The notes beneath the pieces are model-generated. The model was given only the letters and a program-made list of their open reading frames with translations. It was not told the origin of the DNA and made no database searches. A stretch of DNA of 64,000 nucleotides from a virus. Position 1 is the stretch's first letter. Every line of letters starts with the position of its first letter. Both the position numbers and the translations under genes were made by a program. This document shows positions 1 through 10,401 of the stretch, one piece after another. The DNA lies in the IMG/VR virus record IMGVR_UViG_3300010430_000013, positions 1 through 64,000 of that record; one strand, given 5' to 3'.

Positions 1-228
1 AATCACAGCAGTGATTCCCGAAAAGTGCAACAGAGGGTCATCGACAGAACAGTAGAGCTGGCTGAACGTGTCAAGGAACTCAATGTAACCAACCTAGAAG
101 ACATTGAAGAACTTTCCAACGACACAATCAATCTTTTGGCGAACCTTAGTTCTGACGTTGTGTCTACTGTTGACTCTGTTAGGGATGAAACTGTTAAGTC
201 ACTAGATTTAATCATTGGGAAGCTATGA
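1..228 (+). CDS. Hypothetical protein, 3' part (frame open from the window start)
   Basis: Frame 1 has no stop from position 1 to TGA 226-228; overlaps the next ATG at 225. Confidence 0.45.
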   Translation, partial: NHSSDSRKVQQRVIDRTVELAERVKELNVTNLEDIEELSNDTINLLANLSSDVVSTVDSVRDETVKSLDLIIGKL

Positions 229-422
229 GTTAATTTCAAAAAGAATTAACGGATCTAATTAACTTACATAGCCAAGAGACAGCTTCAGGAACTCCTGATT
301 ATATCTTAGCGGAATTTTTATCTAACTGTCTTGCATCTTGGAACCAAGGCGTTCAAGAAAGATCAAGATGGTACGGAACATCGGTTAACGGTCACAATCT
401 AAAAGATGCTGATCAAACCTGA
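225..422 (+). pseudogene. Small conserved phage protein (TPD(Y/F)ILAE type) with an in-frame TAA at codon 3
   Basis: ATG AGT TAA TTT CAA... then reads FQKELTDLINLHSQETASGTPDYILAEFLSNCLASWNQGVQERSRWY to TGA 420-422. Confidence 0.55.
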
Positions 423-1413
423 GTAGTTTCTTTATTGAAGAAAGCGCTTTATCTAATAGGTTATCTATGTGTTCAATCTTGTCGTATGGCAAATAACATA
501 TACGATAGCCGTTAGATAAAGCGTAATCTAACTTGATTTGGTCATTAGCTGTGACTTTGCTTAAAGAGTTATTTTGTTTTTCATTAAAGTACGTGTTCTC
601 ATGGTAATGATGTTGCCCGTGATACTCAATAAGAAGTTCGTAATCGGGCAAATAAAAGTCAAACCTATAGTGCTTATTGTTTTCGCTGATGCAATCGTCA
701 AACTTATGCTCTTGAAAAAAGACAATGTTATGTCTTTCAAGGTATCTTTTAATTGATTTTTCGCCTTTGCTAGAGCTACAGTTTGGACAGCCATAACCCG
801 ATTTCGCATTAGAAACTTTTATATTCCATGAGTGGTTACAAACTTTGCAGGTTGCGCAAAAATAATCATCGCTCCTTACTATTTCTTTTTGAGGCAGGTT
901 TGGAAATTTAATGTTCGAATTAATCTTTACTATGTCCTGCTTGTGCTCTTCCCATGTCTTTGAGGCTTTACCAACACAGTACGGGCACCCGTGACCTGAT
1001 TTAACACTATGCAAGGATGTTTTCCATGTATTATTACATATCTTGCATCTTAGATCAATTTTTGAATGATTGTTTGTTCCTTTTGGGCGAGCTTCAGGAA
1101 GAATAACATTCAGGTTAGCTTCGTTAGCTTCTTTTACATGATCTGACCAGTCTTTTCTCCTTCTGCCTAGAGTATAGGAGCATTTACGACAACTGCGACC
1201 CTGTCTCGCTTTTGATACCGCAATAAACCACTTATGGCCACATTCTTTACAGGTTGCTTCAAATTTAGATTTATTGTTTTTAAAATCTTTTGGTTCTTGA
1301 CTTGGAACAATGATTTTCTTATTATGCTTTAAGATATTTTCGCGATGCTCTTGCCATGTTTTCTTTTTAGTGCACATAACAACTCCAAAAAAATAGCCAC
1401 CGAGTTGGATCAA
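385..1413 (-). CDS. Putative homing endonuclease: zinc-ribbon repeats plus C-terminal PD-(D/E)XK (Vsr/DUF559-like) nuclease
   Basis: Three CxxC..H/NxW..CxxC repeats; SKGE..I, RFDFYLP, IEYHGQHHY, DQIKLDYA motifs; start probably ATG near 1377. Confidence 0.75.
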   Translation of the reverse strand: MIQLGGYFFGVVMCTKKKTWQEHRENILKHNKKIIVPSQEPKDFKNNKSKFEATCKECGHKWFIAVSKARQGRSCRKCSYTLGRRRKDWSDHVKEANEANLNVILPEARPKGTNNHSKIDLRCKICNNTWKTSLHSVKSGHGCPYCVGKASKTWEEHKQDIVKINSNIKFPNLPQKEIVRSDDYFCATCKVCNHSWNIKVSNAKSGYGCPNCSSSKGEKSIKRYLERHNIVFFQEHKFDDCISENNKHYRFDFYLPDYELLIEYHGQHHYHENTYFNEKQNNSLSKVTANDQIKLDYALSNGYRICYLPYDKIEHIDNLLDKALSSIKKLLRFDQHLLDCDR

Positions 1414-1479
1414 AACAGTATAGGTATAGAAACCTAAGAGTTTTCTCGGTGACTTTTGTATTAACTGTAGTGATCCGCC

Positions 1480-1494
1480 ATTATAAACACCAAA
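1480..1494 (-). promoter_or_regulatory. Putative phage promoter TTTGGTGTTTATAAT
   Basis: Copy of the recurring TTTGGTGT-N-TATAAT motif upstream of the minus-strand endonuclease gene. Confidence 0.55.
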
Positions 1495-1531
1495 TCACCC
1501 CTTTTGTACTCACTTTTAAGGAAAAAAAATT

Positions 1532-2794
1532 ATGGACTACGATTACAAAGCCCTTCAACAGAAGGTTGATGCTGCTCTGTATACTTTGCAAAGCCGCTTC
1601 AGCTTTTGGGGCCCCTGCGTTTACTGGACAAATGCAGAAATTTTTGACGGGAAACAATTCCGCGCTGCTACAGACGGCAAAAAAATCCTATTCGACGCAA
1701 AGTTTGTTGAGGAATCATCTCAAGCACTAATCAATGGTGTAACTGTTCACGAGATGGAGCACATTCTTAGGATGCACCACTTGAGAATGGGCTCGCGAGA
1801 ACCAGAAGTTTGGAATCTTGCTTGCGACACTATTATTAATGCGGACCTTGAGGAGTATTTTGCAAGTTACCCCGCTTATTTTGAGATTAAGGATTATTAT
1901 AATCTGGAATGTTTCGAGCGGGATTCCGGCAAAAAAATAGACGACCTCAGTCAGTACACAGAAGAGGAACTTTACGACATTCTCATGGAAAAGCTTGACC
2001 AAGACGCTCAGGCTGACGGGTATGATTCATACTCTGACATGAAGGAAAAAGTTGGCCAAAGTATTCTCGACAAGATCAAAGAAGCTATGGACCGACTGGA
2101 TCAGCCTGAGTCAGCAGAGCAGGGCGAAGGCTCAATGTCGGAAGAACAACGCCAAATTGAAGCTTTGATTAATGAGTGCGTTGAAGCAGAGAAATTTCAA
2201 GCTGGTAGCGTTCCTGGTCACTATACTGACTATATCGACAAGAGAGAGGAGCCAAAGGTACACTGGCAAGACAAGTTGAGACAATTCTTGACGCAATCTT
2301 TCCAGAAAGAGCACTCTTGGAAAAACTTTGAGAAGCGTACCCTGTATAGGGATTTGTATCTTCCGCGAGTCAACCCCAAGGAAGCCATCGGAGAGCTTGG
2401 CATTGCTTTGGATGGTAGCGGATCTATGTATGGACAGTTTCAAAATTGTATTGATGAAATCGCTGGCCTTGTTCGAGAGGTAACGCCAGATGTTATTCAT
2501 TCGATGCAGTTTGACACTGATGTGCATCATTATGAAAAATTGGAAGCTGTAGAGGATTTTCCAATTGTAGAAGGAGCGCAGTGGGGAGGCACTGCATTCG
2601 ACCCCATCTTTAATTTTGTAAAAGAAAAAGATATTGATCAAGAAATGACTGCATTGCTTATCTTTACTGATGGCTATGCAAGTTTTTCTGCTGATCAACC
2701 TAGTTACCCCGTGATGGCTGTAGTCACAGAAGATGGAACCGAAGAGTATTTCCCTGATTGGGTAGAAGTTATTAGAATTCCACCAGAGAAGTAA
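1532..2794 (+). CDS. DUF2201-type metallopeptidase plus VWA domain protein
   Basis: AATDG, HEMEH (HExxH), WNLACD..IN; VWA MIDAS DGSGS, GGTAF, FTDG. Confidence 0.85.
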   Translation: MDYDYKALQQKVDAALYTLQSRFSFWGPCVYWTNAEIFDGKQFRAATDGKKILFDAKFVEESSQALINGVTVHEMEHILRMHHLRMGSREPEVWNLACDTIINADLEEYFASYPAYFEIKDYYNLECFERDSGKKIDDLSQYTEEELYDILMEKLDQDAQADGYDSYSDMKEKVGQSILDKIKEAMDRLDQPESAEQGEGSMSEEQRQIEALINECVEAEKFQAGSVPGHYTDYIDKREEPKVHWQDKLRQFLTQSFQKEHSWKNFEKRTLYRDLYLPRVNPKEAIGELGIALDGSGSMYGQFQNCIDEIAGLVREVTPDVIHSMQFDTDVHHYEKLEAVEDFPIVEGAQWGGTAFDPIFNFVKEKDIDQEMTALLIFTDGYASFSADQPSYPVMAVVTEDGTEEYFPDWVEVIRIPPEK

Positions 2795-2821
2795 AAAAAA
2801 CGGTCGGTGGTCTTGATTATT

Positions 2822-2849
2822 CGTGCCGCCTTCGGGCGGCGTGTTTTTT
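2822..2849 (+). terminator. Intrinsic terminator
   Basis: GCCGCC-TTCG-GGCGGC hairpin followed by GTG and T6. Confidence 0.75.
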
Positions 2850-2863
2850 CCTTGGAGTAAACT

Positions 2864-3202
2864 ATGAAATTAACCGAAGGACAGCTTAAGGATTTGCTTC
2901 AAGAGGCAACCCAAGAAGCAACCAGAATGCTCAAAAAAGATCTCGTTGATAAGATTGAATACGAGATGACAGACGTAGCCCGAACAACCATAAAACACTT
3001 TGTAAAGGACTGGGTACAAGACAATGTTATTCCTGAGGTAACCAACAGACTTGTAGCCTCTAAGGATGGACTGGTAGCCTCAGCGATTCCAATGGCTGAC
3101 GCTATTACTGAAGGAGTTTCTCAAGCACTAACCGAAGCAGTAAAGGAGAATCTAAGCCGCTCATACGACAGAAAAAAGATTTTTAGCGCACTTTTCGATT
3201 AA
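2864..3202 (+). CDS. Hypothetical protein
   Basis: GGAG Shine-Dalgarno, 112 aa, predicted helical. Confidence 0.65.
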   Translation: MKLTEGQLKDLLQEATQEATRMLKKDLVDKIEYEMTDVARTTIKHFVKDWVQDNVIPEVTNRLVASKDGLVASAIPMADAITEGVSQALTEAVKENLSRSYDRKKIFSALFD

Positions 3203-3211
3203 GGATTCAAC

Positions 3212-3409
3212 ATGAATATTCATCTACTAAAAGATGACGAGGGTGGGGTCTTGAATTTTCCAAGTTTTCCCACGCTTCACAAAAAGACTTGTTTTGTTAG
3301 AGGGGACTATCTGTACGTCTTTATTGATAAGGAGTTCACTAAATACAAAAAACATTACTTTGACTCTGCCACAATTGAAGTGGATGAAGTCGAAACTGTA
3401 AACTCGTAA
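3212..3409 (+). CDS. Hypothetical protein
   Basis: AGGA Shine-Dalgarno, 65 aa, in operon order. Confidence 0.55.
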   Translation: MNIHLLKDDEGGVLNFPSFPTLHKKTCFVRGDYLYVFIDKEFTKYKKHYFDSATIEVDEVETVNS

Positions 3410-3445
3410 ACATTTAAACTTTTTTATTAAACTTGGAGAAAAATT

Positions 3446-3772
3446 ATGACTTTGCCTAACATGCAACCCGGACAAGAAGTTACCCCTGACATGCGTTACT
3501 GCATCATTCGATGCCGAGATGCTGGCGTTCACGCTGGATATGTTGCGCATCACTCGGGTCGAGAAGTGACTCTGCTGAAAAGCCGTCGTCTTTGGAAGTG
3601 GCACGGTAAAACGCTGAGTGGCCTTGCCCAGGAAGGCACGACCAATGCGGACGAATGCAAGTACGCCAATGAGATTCCTGAGATCATGGTACTTGATGCT
3701 TGCGAAATCATTCCATGCTCGGAAGCTGGCAAGGCTTCCATCGGCATGATTCCCGACTGGGAAAACGAGTAA
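3446..3772 (+). CDS. Conserved small phage protein (DUF6948-like, from recall)
   Basis: YCIIRCRDAGVHAG, SRRLWKW, LSGLAQEG, EIIPCSE pattern; GGAG SD. Confidence 0.65.
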   Translation: MTLPNMQPGQEVTPDMRYCIIRCRDAGVHAGYVAHHSGREVTLLKSRRLWKWHGKTLSGLAQEGTTNADECKYANEIPEIMVLDACEIIPCSEAGKASIGMIPDWENE

Positions 3773-3782
3773 TAAAGGGGGT

Positions 3783-3819
3783 GGGCGGCGCTGCCTTCGG
3801 GTGGCGCTGCCTGTTTTTT
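3783..3819 (+). terminator. Intrinsic terminator
   Basis: 13-bp GC-rich stem with G-U pairs, TTCG loop, followed by T6. Confidence 0.8.
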
Positions 3820-5865
3820 ATGCAAGAAATAGAAAACATACATGGCTCCTGTAGAATATCAGGCTATTCAACATTTGTTGTCGGTGATACACTCTATGGA
3901 AATACCCGACTTGAAAAAAAAGGCGATGGCAAAGGAAGAGGCTGTGGCGACGGATTCGGAAGGTCTAGCGGTTACGGACGGGGTGACGGTTGGGCTGAAG
4001 GCAGATGTCTGGCAGAAGGGATGTCCTGGTGATGACTGAAATAGAGGGGGCCTCTGGTTCTTGTAGGGTGTCAGGTTGCTCAACATATGATGTTGAAGTT
4101 GCTGCTTATGGAAACATCCTAGATCTAAATTACGGCTCAGGACTAGGCTGTGGCGATGGACAAGGAGATTGCCAAGGTTTCGGACGGGGGGATGGTTTCG
4201 GCAATGTTTGAAACAGACACATCGTGTAACATTAGTGATCACTCTGTGAGTAATTCTTATAATAATATATGCACTAAAAAAGGATTTGGTTCTGGTGCAG
4301 GTAGCGGCGATGGCAGAACAAGAGACCCTCGTTCCGCATCCGAGGGAGATGGCTACGGTAATGGCAGAGGAACCCAGTATGGACAATGGCCATAGATATG
4401 CCTTATTCAAATGCAGCAATTGAGACACGATACGGTTCGTGTGACTCTTCTGGATCATCCAAAGAAAATCCTTGCTATGCAAACGGCAACGTAATTTGCA
4501 ACGTAGGTTATGGATACGGCTCTGGTGACGGAGACACGGGCATGTCTGGTTACGGCGAAGGAGACGGTTATGCTATGGGACAAGGACTTAAAGAAGGGTT
4601 AAATGCTTAAATCACGGAACAAGCGAATAAATGCTAACGGCTCGTGTCACGCAGATGGCAGCTCTAAAATACCAGACCATCGGATTTATTTTGATCTGGA
4701 GGCAGAAGGACAAGGCTACGGTTACGGCAATGGGGACGGGTCTTATGGGTCCAAAACCCCCGGACGAAGAGCCTCGAACGGAAATGGGCGCGGCCACGGC
4801 ATGTGCTTCAGGTCTGGCGCATCAGTAGGTATAGGTGCATTAAAAGCTGATTGTTTCTCAGACGGAAGGTCTGTCAGAGAATGAGTTACCGTAATGAAAT
4901 ACTAGGAAGGGGCGCTGGATTCGGCTCTGGAGAATGCACTCAATATGGAAATTTTTCCAGATGGGCATATTTACCCTCTAGTAATTTTTGCTATGGATCA
5001 GGAGCCACTGGCGGGGGGTCAGACCACGGGACTGGCTTAGGTGGCGGCTTATTGTTTAGTGACTGCGATAAAACTGGCAAATCTCACTTAGCCGTAGAAA
5101 TTTAAATGAATGAACAGTTTGAAGATGGCTTAGGTCACGGAGATGGTCGCGCCGATGGCTACACAGACGAACAAGGCTTCGGAGAAGGCGACGGATATGC
5201 TTGGGGAAGAGGAACCAGTGGTGGTTACGAAGAACAATTTGATCTCGACCCAGAAGGATATGGAAACGGATACTGCTTCAAAACTGGTGAAGGGGCAGGT
5301 TAACATTGCTTACGAATGTCCCAGCGGGGCAACAACTTCAGCAGGGTTTGGATACGGTCACGGTTGCAAAATGAATGGTTATGGAAACGGATACGGCTCT
5401 GGCGAGGGATATTCTAATGGAGTCGGCAATGGAGTCTAAATCTAGGTTTGGCTATGGTGAAATCCTAACCGGATACATGGACTACGGAGGCGGCGAAAGT
5501 CATGACTGCTGCAATGTTTATGGTACAAATTGCCGTAGAAATTTAACAAACCAACAATTCGGAGACGGCTGCGGCAGCGGATCATCTGATTACGACGGAT
5601 TTTCTTTTGGTTTTGGCGAAGGCGATGGAGAGGGACTTGAAGATGGGCGCGGGTGCTGTTCTTAAAGTAAGTGCTACCGCTTACAAAAAAATCACCCTGC
5701 TTCAAAACAACGAACGGGGCATAGTAAGCTCCCCTAAAGAAAGCATCTACTTCGGCCAGCCAGCTTTTAAAGAAAATGGAAAAATTTTAACATTTAATCC
5801 AGAGCAGGGCCAATTCGTTAAAGTCGACCGAACTTGGGTTAACACTAGGGTTATGGTTAAACTAG

Positions 5866-6024
5866 ATGAAAGAAGAACATACAGATTGCCAGCATGACTG
5901 GGAAGCTATATATAGATTCAACAGCACATTTCGCAGTGGAATAGGCTGGGGCTTCGGAGAAGCTAACGACAATTCTGGAGGGACCACAAGTGGTAGATGC
6001 AAAAGCGATGGTAGCGGAGACTAG
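5866..6024 (+). CDS. Gly-rich mini-protein, 52 aa (below the ORF-track cutoff)
   Basis: MKEEHTDCQHDWEAIYRFNSTFRSGIGWGFGEANDNSGGTTSGRCKSDGSGD*. Confidence 0.6.
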   Translation: MKEEHTDCQHDWEAIYRFNSTFRSGIGWGFGEANDNSGGTTSGRCKSDGSGD

Positions 6025-7120
6025 TCTTCCTTTTCTAAAATCTCCTAGAATAGAGCTAATTAGCGCCAAACTCTTAAGAGAGGAGGGCACTTTAGAAATC
6101 TATCAAGTTACCTATAGAAAAGGCACAAAACCCCGACCTTATTATAAAAAATTCTACAAAGAAGGCATCATGGTGTATTCCAATGGAGTTTATGGCCTTG
6201 GTAAAACAGTTAAAAGTGCCAGGCGTAGCTTCATGAGGAAGATTGGATTTATCTAATGGAATTTGATCTGCGTAATATATTTAATTATGGCATAAGCTTC
6301 AAAGACCCGGATGATTATTGTCTTATTGAGAGTACCAGAAGACATCGTCGAGTCGTGACCCCTAAAATTTCAGCTCGTGAATTTAGGAATTATTTATTCC
6401 ATATTGGGGGCTGGCCTGATGTAGAGCGGGTCGTGTATTTTTACAAGAAGGATGGTATTTTATACATTTCGGACCAATGGCACAAAAATATTTACTAGAA
6501 GTTACTACGGATTGGGATTTTGCCTTGGTGTATAAGGATAGGTATTATTATGGAGATATAACACTTCTTTTAGACAGCCCAAGCGAATTAAATAAAATGA
6601 CAATCGTATGTGGCAGTAAAACTTACGAGTTCGACTTTTCCAAAGAACAAATTCTTTTTAATCCTGAGGCCGAATTTAAATATCTCGGCGGAAACAGAAA
6701 TGTAAAATGGACTCCGGTTACCCTAAAAAAATTAAATGAACAAAGTCAAATTTAAAGAATTTTCCGAAACTGGTCTCGGCTATGGAATAGGTTCCTTTGA
6801 TGGGGAAGAAGACGGTGAATGCCCTCAAGGTCTTTGGAAAGCCTACATTAAATTATTTTCTGACGGACACGGTTACGGCGGCGGAAAAGATAACACTAAT
6901 TGCCTAAGGTCGGGGCGTATAATATCAACGGACAATTCAAAATAAATGACAATGGCTGGGGCTGCGGATGCTTGGACGGTTTTACCGAAGATGAATTACT
7001 TAACGAGTGGTGTATTCTTGTTGCCGGGACGGGTTTAGACACCGGAGGCGGAGCGTTTAACTCAGATTGCGACAGTCAAGGTTTATCTAACGCTTGGACT
7101 CCTTCTGAAGGATTATCAAA

Positions 7121-7453
7121 TTGAGTATTTTAGTTAGCATATATTTGTTGTTTGCTGGTTTTGCCTTGCCATGGTATATATATCAATGTTTTTGTTTGAG
7201 AAATGACGTATCTCTACTTAAAAAAGCTTTATTAGCTAAACTTAACTCAACTAGTGGTCTTGCTAAGACTATAATTAAATTGAAGGACGAGATTACTCAA
7301 CTTAAACACATTGAAGATACCAAGATTCGGCAGATTTCTGAGGAATGGTCTAAATATAGAAAATTTCTTATGGAGAAATACCCAGCCGAGGATGGTAAGG
7401 AATGGGAGTTTGAATGCGAATACCACCAGAAGATAGATGGATTACTAAAATAA
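7121..7453 (+). CDS. Hypothetical membrane-anchored protein
   Basis: N-terminal hydrophobic helix followed by a coiled-coil-like segment. Confidence 0.55.
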   Translation: MSILVSIYLLFAGFALPWYIYQCFCLRNDVSLLKKALLAKLNSTSGLAKTIIKLKDEITQLKHIEDTKIRQISEEWSKYRKFLMEKYPAEDGKEWEFECEYHQKIDGLLK

Positions 7454-9435
7454 ATTGTTCAGAAGTAGCCATATTAACTGAAAAGATGGGAGTTGGATAT
7501 GGTCCCACCTATATAGCCAACACTATGTTTAATATGAATTGGACTCCTGGAAAGGGATCTCAGGGAGATTGCTATTGTCAGATGTGGTCTGAGGATGGCC
7601 AGTCTGGTTTAGGTTGTGGTGAGGCGAATGGTTCAAGATAACTGTGGAGATGGCTCAGGTCAAACTGTTTCAACAGGACTAGGCGTAGGCGCGGGAGCAG
7701 GTTCTGGCAAAAGCAATTGTTGTGGAGAATCTGAAATTGATTTGTCTGATTCGTCTAATCGCTGGAATATCGGCTGGGGAACCGGAACACGCTACGGAAA
7801 CTGCGATTTTAGTGGATTAAGCAGTCATTGGATAAGAAAAATTGAACATTTCAGACCATACGGTTAATCATTATGGATATGGCACAGGTTACGGTCATCT
7901 AGACAACACAGACCCGGATGACGATGATATCATATTCTATTTAACAGCTGTCACCGAAAAAAGAGGTGGTTCGACTGGCAGAGGATGTATATACTCAGAC
8001 GGGGAAAAATCTGGCTACGGCTCTGGAACCGGTCATTTAAATAAGGACTCATGCAAGGCGTCAGGAGCTGAATGTGGTTAAAGACTGTGACATACAAGGC
8101 TTTTCTTATAAAGAGAGAGCAGAGAGGGTTGATTGTGACGGCGACTGCAATGGGATTGGCGGTGGCTGGGGAGACGGAGAGGCATGTGGCCATACAATGA
8201 GAAACGGAACATCAAAATGCGAGAGAATTGGGACTGCGATTCAATTGGGGTCGGGCGAGGGTATGGACAGGTCTCTATAAACTTTGATAACCCAGTGGTT
8301 GTCCTGATGTATGAGCTTGCTGTTAAATCAGGTCAAAACATGACGCATGGTTGTTCTGAAAATAATTTTCAATTTGAAAAACACGGCATTGGTATAGGTT
8401 GGGGACATGCGTATACCGACAGGTAATAATTTTGGCATAGGAATGGGTCATATAGATGGTTTTGATGAGACCGATGCTTTTTTGGTCTTTATGTCTATAC
8501 TATATCAGTCGCGTGGGTATGGCTACGGAAAAGGCTGTAACCACACGCAGGACGAAATAAATTCTGGCGAAGGACAGGGAAGAGGATCATGGTAAATTCT
8601 GGAGCAGGCTCAGTTTACACTGATTGTCTTAGAGATGGTTCAACAGATGAACAAATTCTATGTTTAATTGGTTCTCCAGGATATTATGATGGGTCTGGGC
8701 TCGGTTGGGGGTCAGCTACAGGCTGGGCGCCTCAATACTATGGGGCAGGCTTTGGTAGTGGGGACTGCAATCAGAAAGGTGACAACAATTACCGTTTCTA
8801 GAATCAACAAACAATATAAAGACTCCAAAGGAGATGCTTGCGGAAAAGGCAGATCCGATGGAAAATCTACAGGTTATTGCATTGTTAGCTTTTATCCTCC
8901 AGGGGAGGGAAGCGGTGCAGGATACGAAACAGGACATGGTTTTGGAAGAGGAAGCGGAAACGGTGATTGTAGAAGCCTTGGCCAGAGCATTTAAGATATG
9001 TATAATGGTAACTACGACGAAACTCACAGTGACTTCTGTGTTTCAGGGTGCGGCTACTGCACCACAGACGGAGAAGGTTGGGGCAACGGACTACATTTGG
9101 ATTTTTGCTTTGGGTATGGGGCATCCGGCAGTGGAGTTGGTGTTACTTCTTGCAGCGCGTCCGGTTACTCAAAAATGAGCAGAACAAATGGATCAATTAC
9201 CGAAACTCCACGATGACTATGAAATCTACGGCTGCGGATATTGTTCAGCAGATGGCACAGCATGGGGAGACGGCGATGCATACACCACCAACACACCAAC
9301 CGGACTAGGCTTTGGAACAGGAGCGGCAGACTCAGAGGCTAACGATAACGTCAGTTCTGGTTCGGAAATAGGCATAGGTTGGGGCACCGGAGAAGCTTGG
9401 GGTAGTACTGATCATTGCGGGATTGGCTTATCTGG

Positions 9436-10107
9436 TTATTCCAAAGATTTTATGTAAGCGTCTAAGTGCTTCTTAATGATATATGCAGGAATACACACAG
9501 CCGTTGTGCCGCCATCTGTCTGTCTAGAAATCATTCCCATGACGTATCCACCCATCTCTAAAGATTGTGCGGGTGAGCCACTACAGCCGCCCTCACAAAG
9601 AGGCGAACCTTTAAGCACTTTAAAATCATAAACATCCCCAATACTAGTCTGTCTGTTGGCATGTCCAATAACATTTAGAACATTAGGCTTTCCAGCGGGG
9701 AAGCCTGGAGCCACACAGATAACGCCTTCGCATTTCTTTGCAGGACTGAGATTTAGAGGATTTTTTACCTTGCCGTGAGCTGGGTCAAACTTTAGAATTG
9801 CAACATCGTCCATTTGACCGAATTCAGCGCCTTCGCATTCATAGACAACTGTAGCTTTGCCAAGCTCTTTAAGAACTATCGTACCTGCTACAGGCCCAGG
9901 AATAACACTGTGAAGCGTTACTACTTCACCAATAGACACAGAGTGATCTGTCGCTATGATTGTACTGGCATCAATAAAAAAACCAGTCGAAAGTCCAGTC
10001 TTTTTGTCTGGGCCAATCTTAGATTCTATCCGAACAATTTGGCCGTTTACCTGACTAATCAAGGAGAACAGCAGTGAAATAACCGCAAGTGCTTTAAAAA
10101 TTCGCAT
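9436..10107 (-). CDS. Secreted trypsin-like serine protease
   Basis: Signal peptide; triad motifs ATDHSV (His), DDVAIL (Asp), GGCSGSP (Ser); GGAGG SD. Confidence 0.8.
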   Translation of the reverse strand: MRIFKALAVISLLFSLISQVNGQIVRIESKIGPDKKTGLSTGFFIDASTIIATDHSVSIGEVVTLHSVIPGPVAGTIVLKELGKATVVYECEGAEFGQMDDVAILKFDPAHGKVKNPLNLSPAKKCEGVICVAPGFPAGKPNVLNVIGHANRQTSIGDVYDFKVLKGSPLCEGGCSGSPAQSLEMGGYVMGMISRQTDGGTTAVCIPAYIIKKHLDAYIKSLE

Positions 10108-10125
10108 TTTATTTTTCCTCCAACT

Positions 10126-10140
10126 CTTTTATACACCAAA
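10126..10140 (-). promoter_or_regulatory. Putative phage promoter TTTGGTGTATAAAAG
   Basis: Recurring motif upstream of the minus-strand protease gene. Confidence 0.5.
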
Positions 10141-10143
10141 ACC

Positions 10144-10283
10144 AGACTGTTGCTAAACTTGTTAATTCAAGGTTCCGTTGTTCCGACGGGCTAAATAGAG
10201 TAAACTAGAGGCTGGCGCAGCTCCTTTACGACCTTCGGATAAAGGAGCTGTCGCCTCGAAATAGTATAATAGACGAACAGTCT
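10144..10283 (+). ncRNA. Retron-like msr-msd RNA, unit 1
   Basis: Terminal inverted repeats AGACTGTT (10144-51) / AACAGTCT (10276-83); G10152 directly after the 5' repeat; two short stem-loops; long hairpin CAGCTCCTTTA/TAAAGGAGCTG (10218-10250). Confidence 0.75.
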
Positions 10284-10286
10284 TAA

Positions 10287-10401
10287 CATTGCTGCTTTTC
10301 ATCGTGAAATTCCGTTGATACGACGGGCTAAATTTATTTAACTAGAGGCTTGCGCTACCAGGTTATCACCTGGTTTCGCGTCACCATTAAAACGAGCAAT
10401 G
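10287..10401 (+). ncRNA. Retron-like msr-msd RNA, unit 2
   Basis: Terminal inverted repeats CATTGCT (10287-93) / AGCAATG (10395-401, includes the RT ATG); G10294; stems TTTCA/TGAAA and CCGTTG/CGACGG; hairpin ACCAGGT/ACCTGGT (10357-10374). Confidence 0.75.

Larger units (their letters stand above)
3820..9457 (+). repeat. Tandem array of about 22 overlapping Gly/Cys-rich mini-ORFs (50-95 aa, GxGxGDG motifs) with five unrelated small ORFs interspersed
   Basis: Members approximately 3820-4032, 4032-4211, 4204-4395, 4386-4610, 4603-4884, 4881-5105, 5106-5303, 5287-5439, 5429-5665, 5866-6024, 6736-6945, 6900-7124, 7414-7641, 7628-7867, 7842-8081, 8074-8280, 8184-8426, 8407-8595, 8589-8801, 8779-8994, 8998-9216, 9188-9457; most starts overlap or abut the previous stop. 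Confidence 0.8.

Noticed and set aside
5894-6256. Stop-codon readthrough or alternative genetic code (in-frame TAG at 5942)
   Set aside because: Explained by a Gly-rich ORF in another frame (5866-6024); long conserved genes translate intact in the standard code
3842-9308. Alternative-frame ORFs rich in M/A/V/T/E over the Gly array (e.g. 3842-4039, 4631-4828, 8834-9178)
   Set aside because: Expected shifted-frame translations of GGN-GAY/TAY codon runs
9436-10107. Trypsin-like protease as the retron effector
   Set aside because: Opposite strand, own promoter motif and a signal peptide, so unlikely to complex with a cytoplasmic RT
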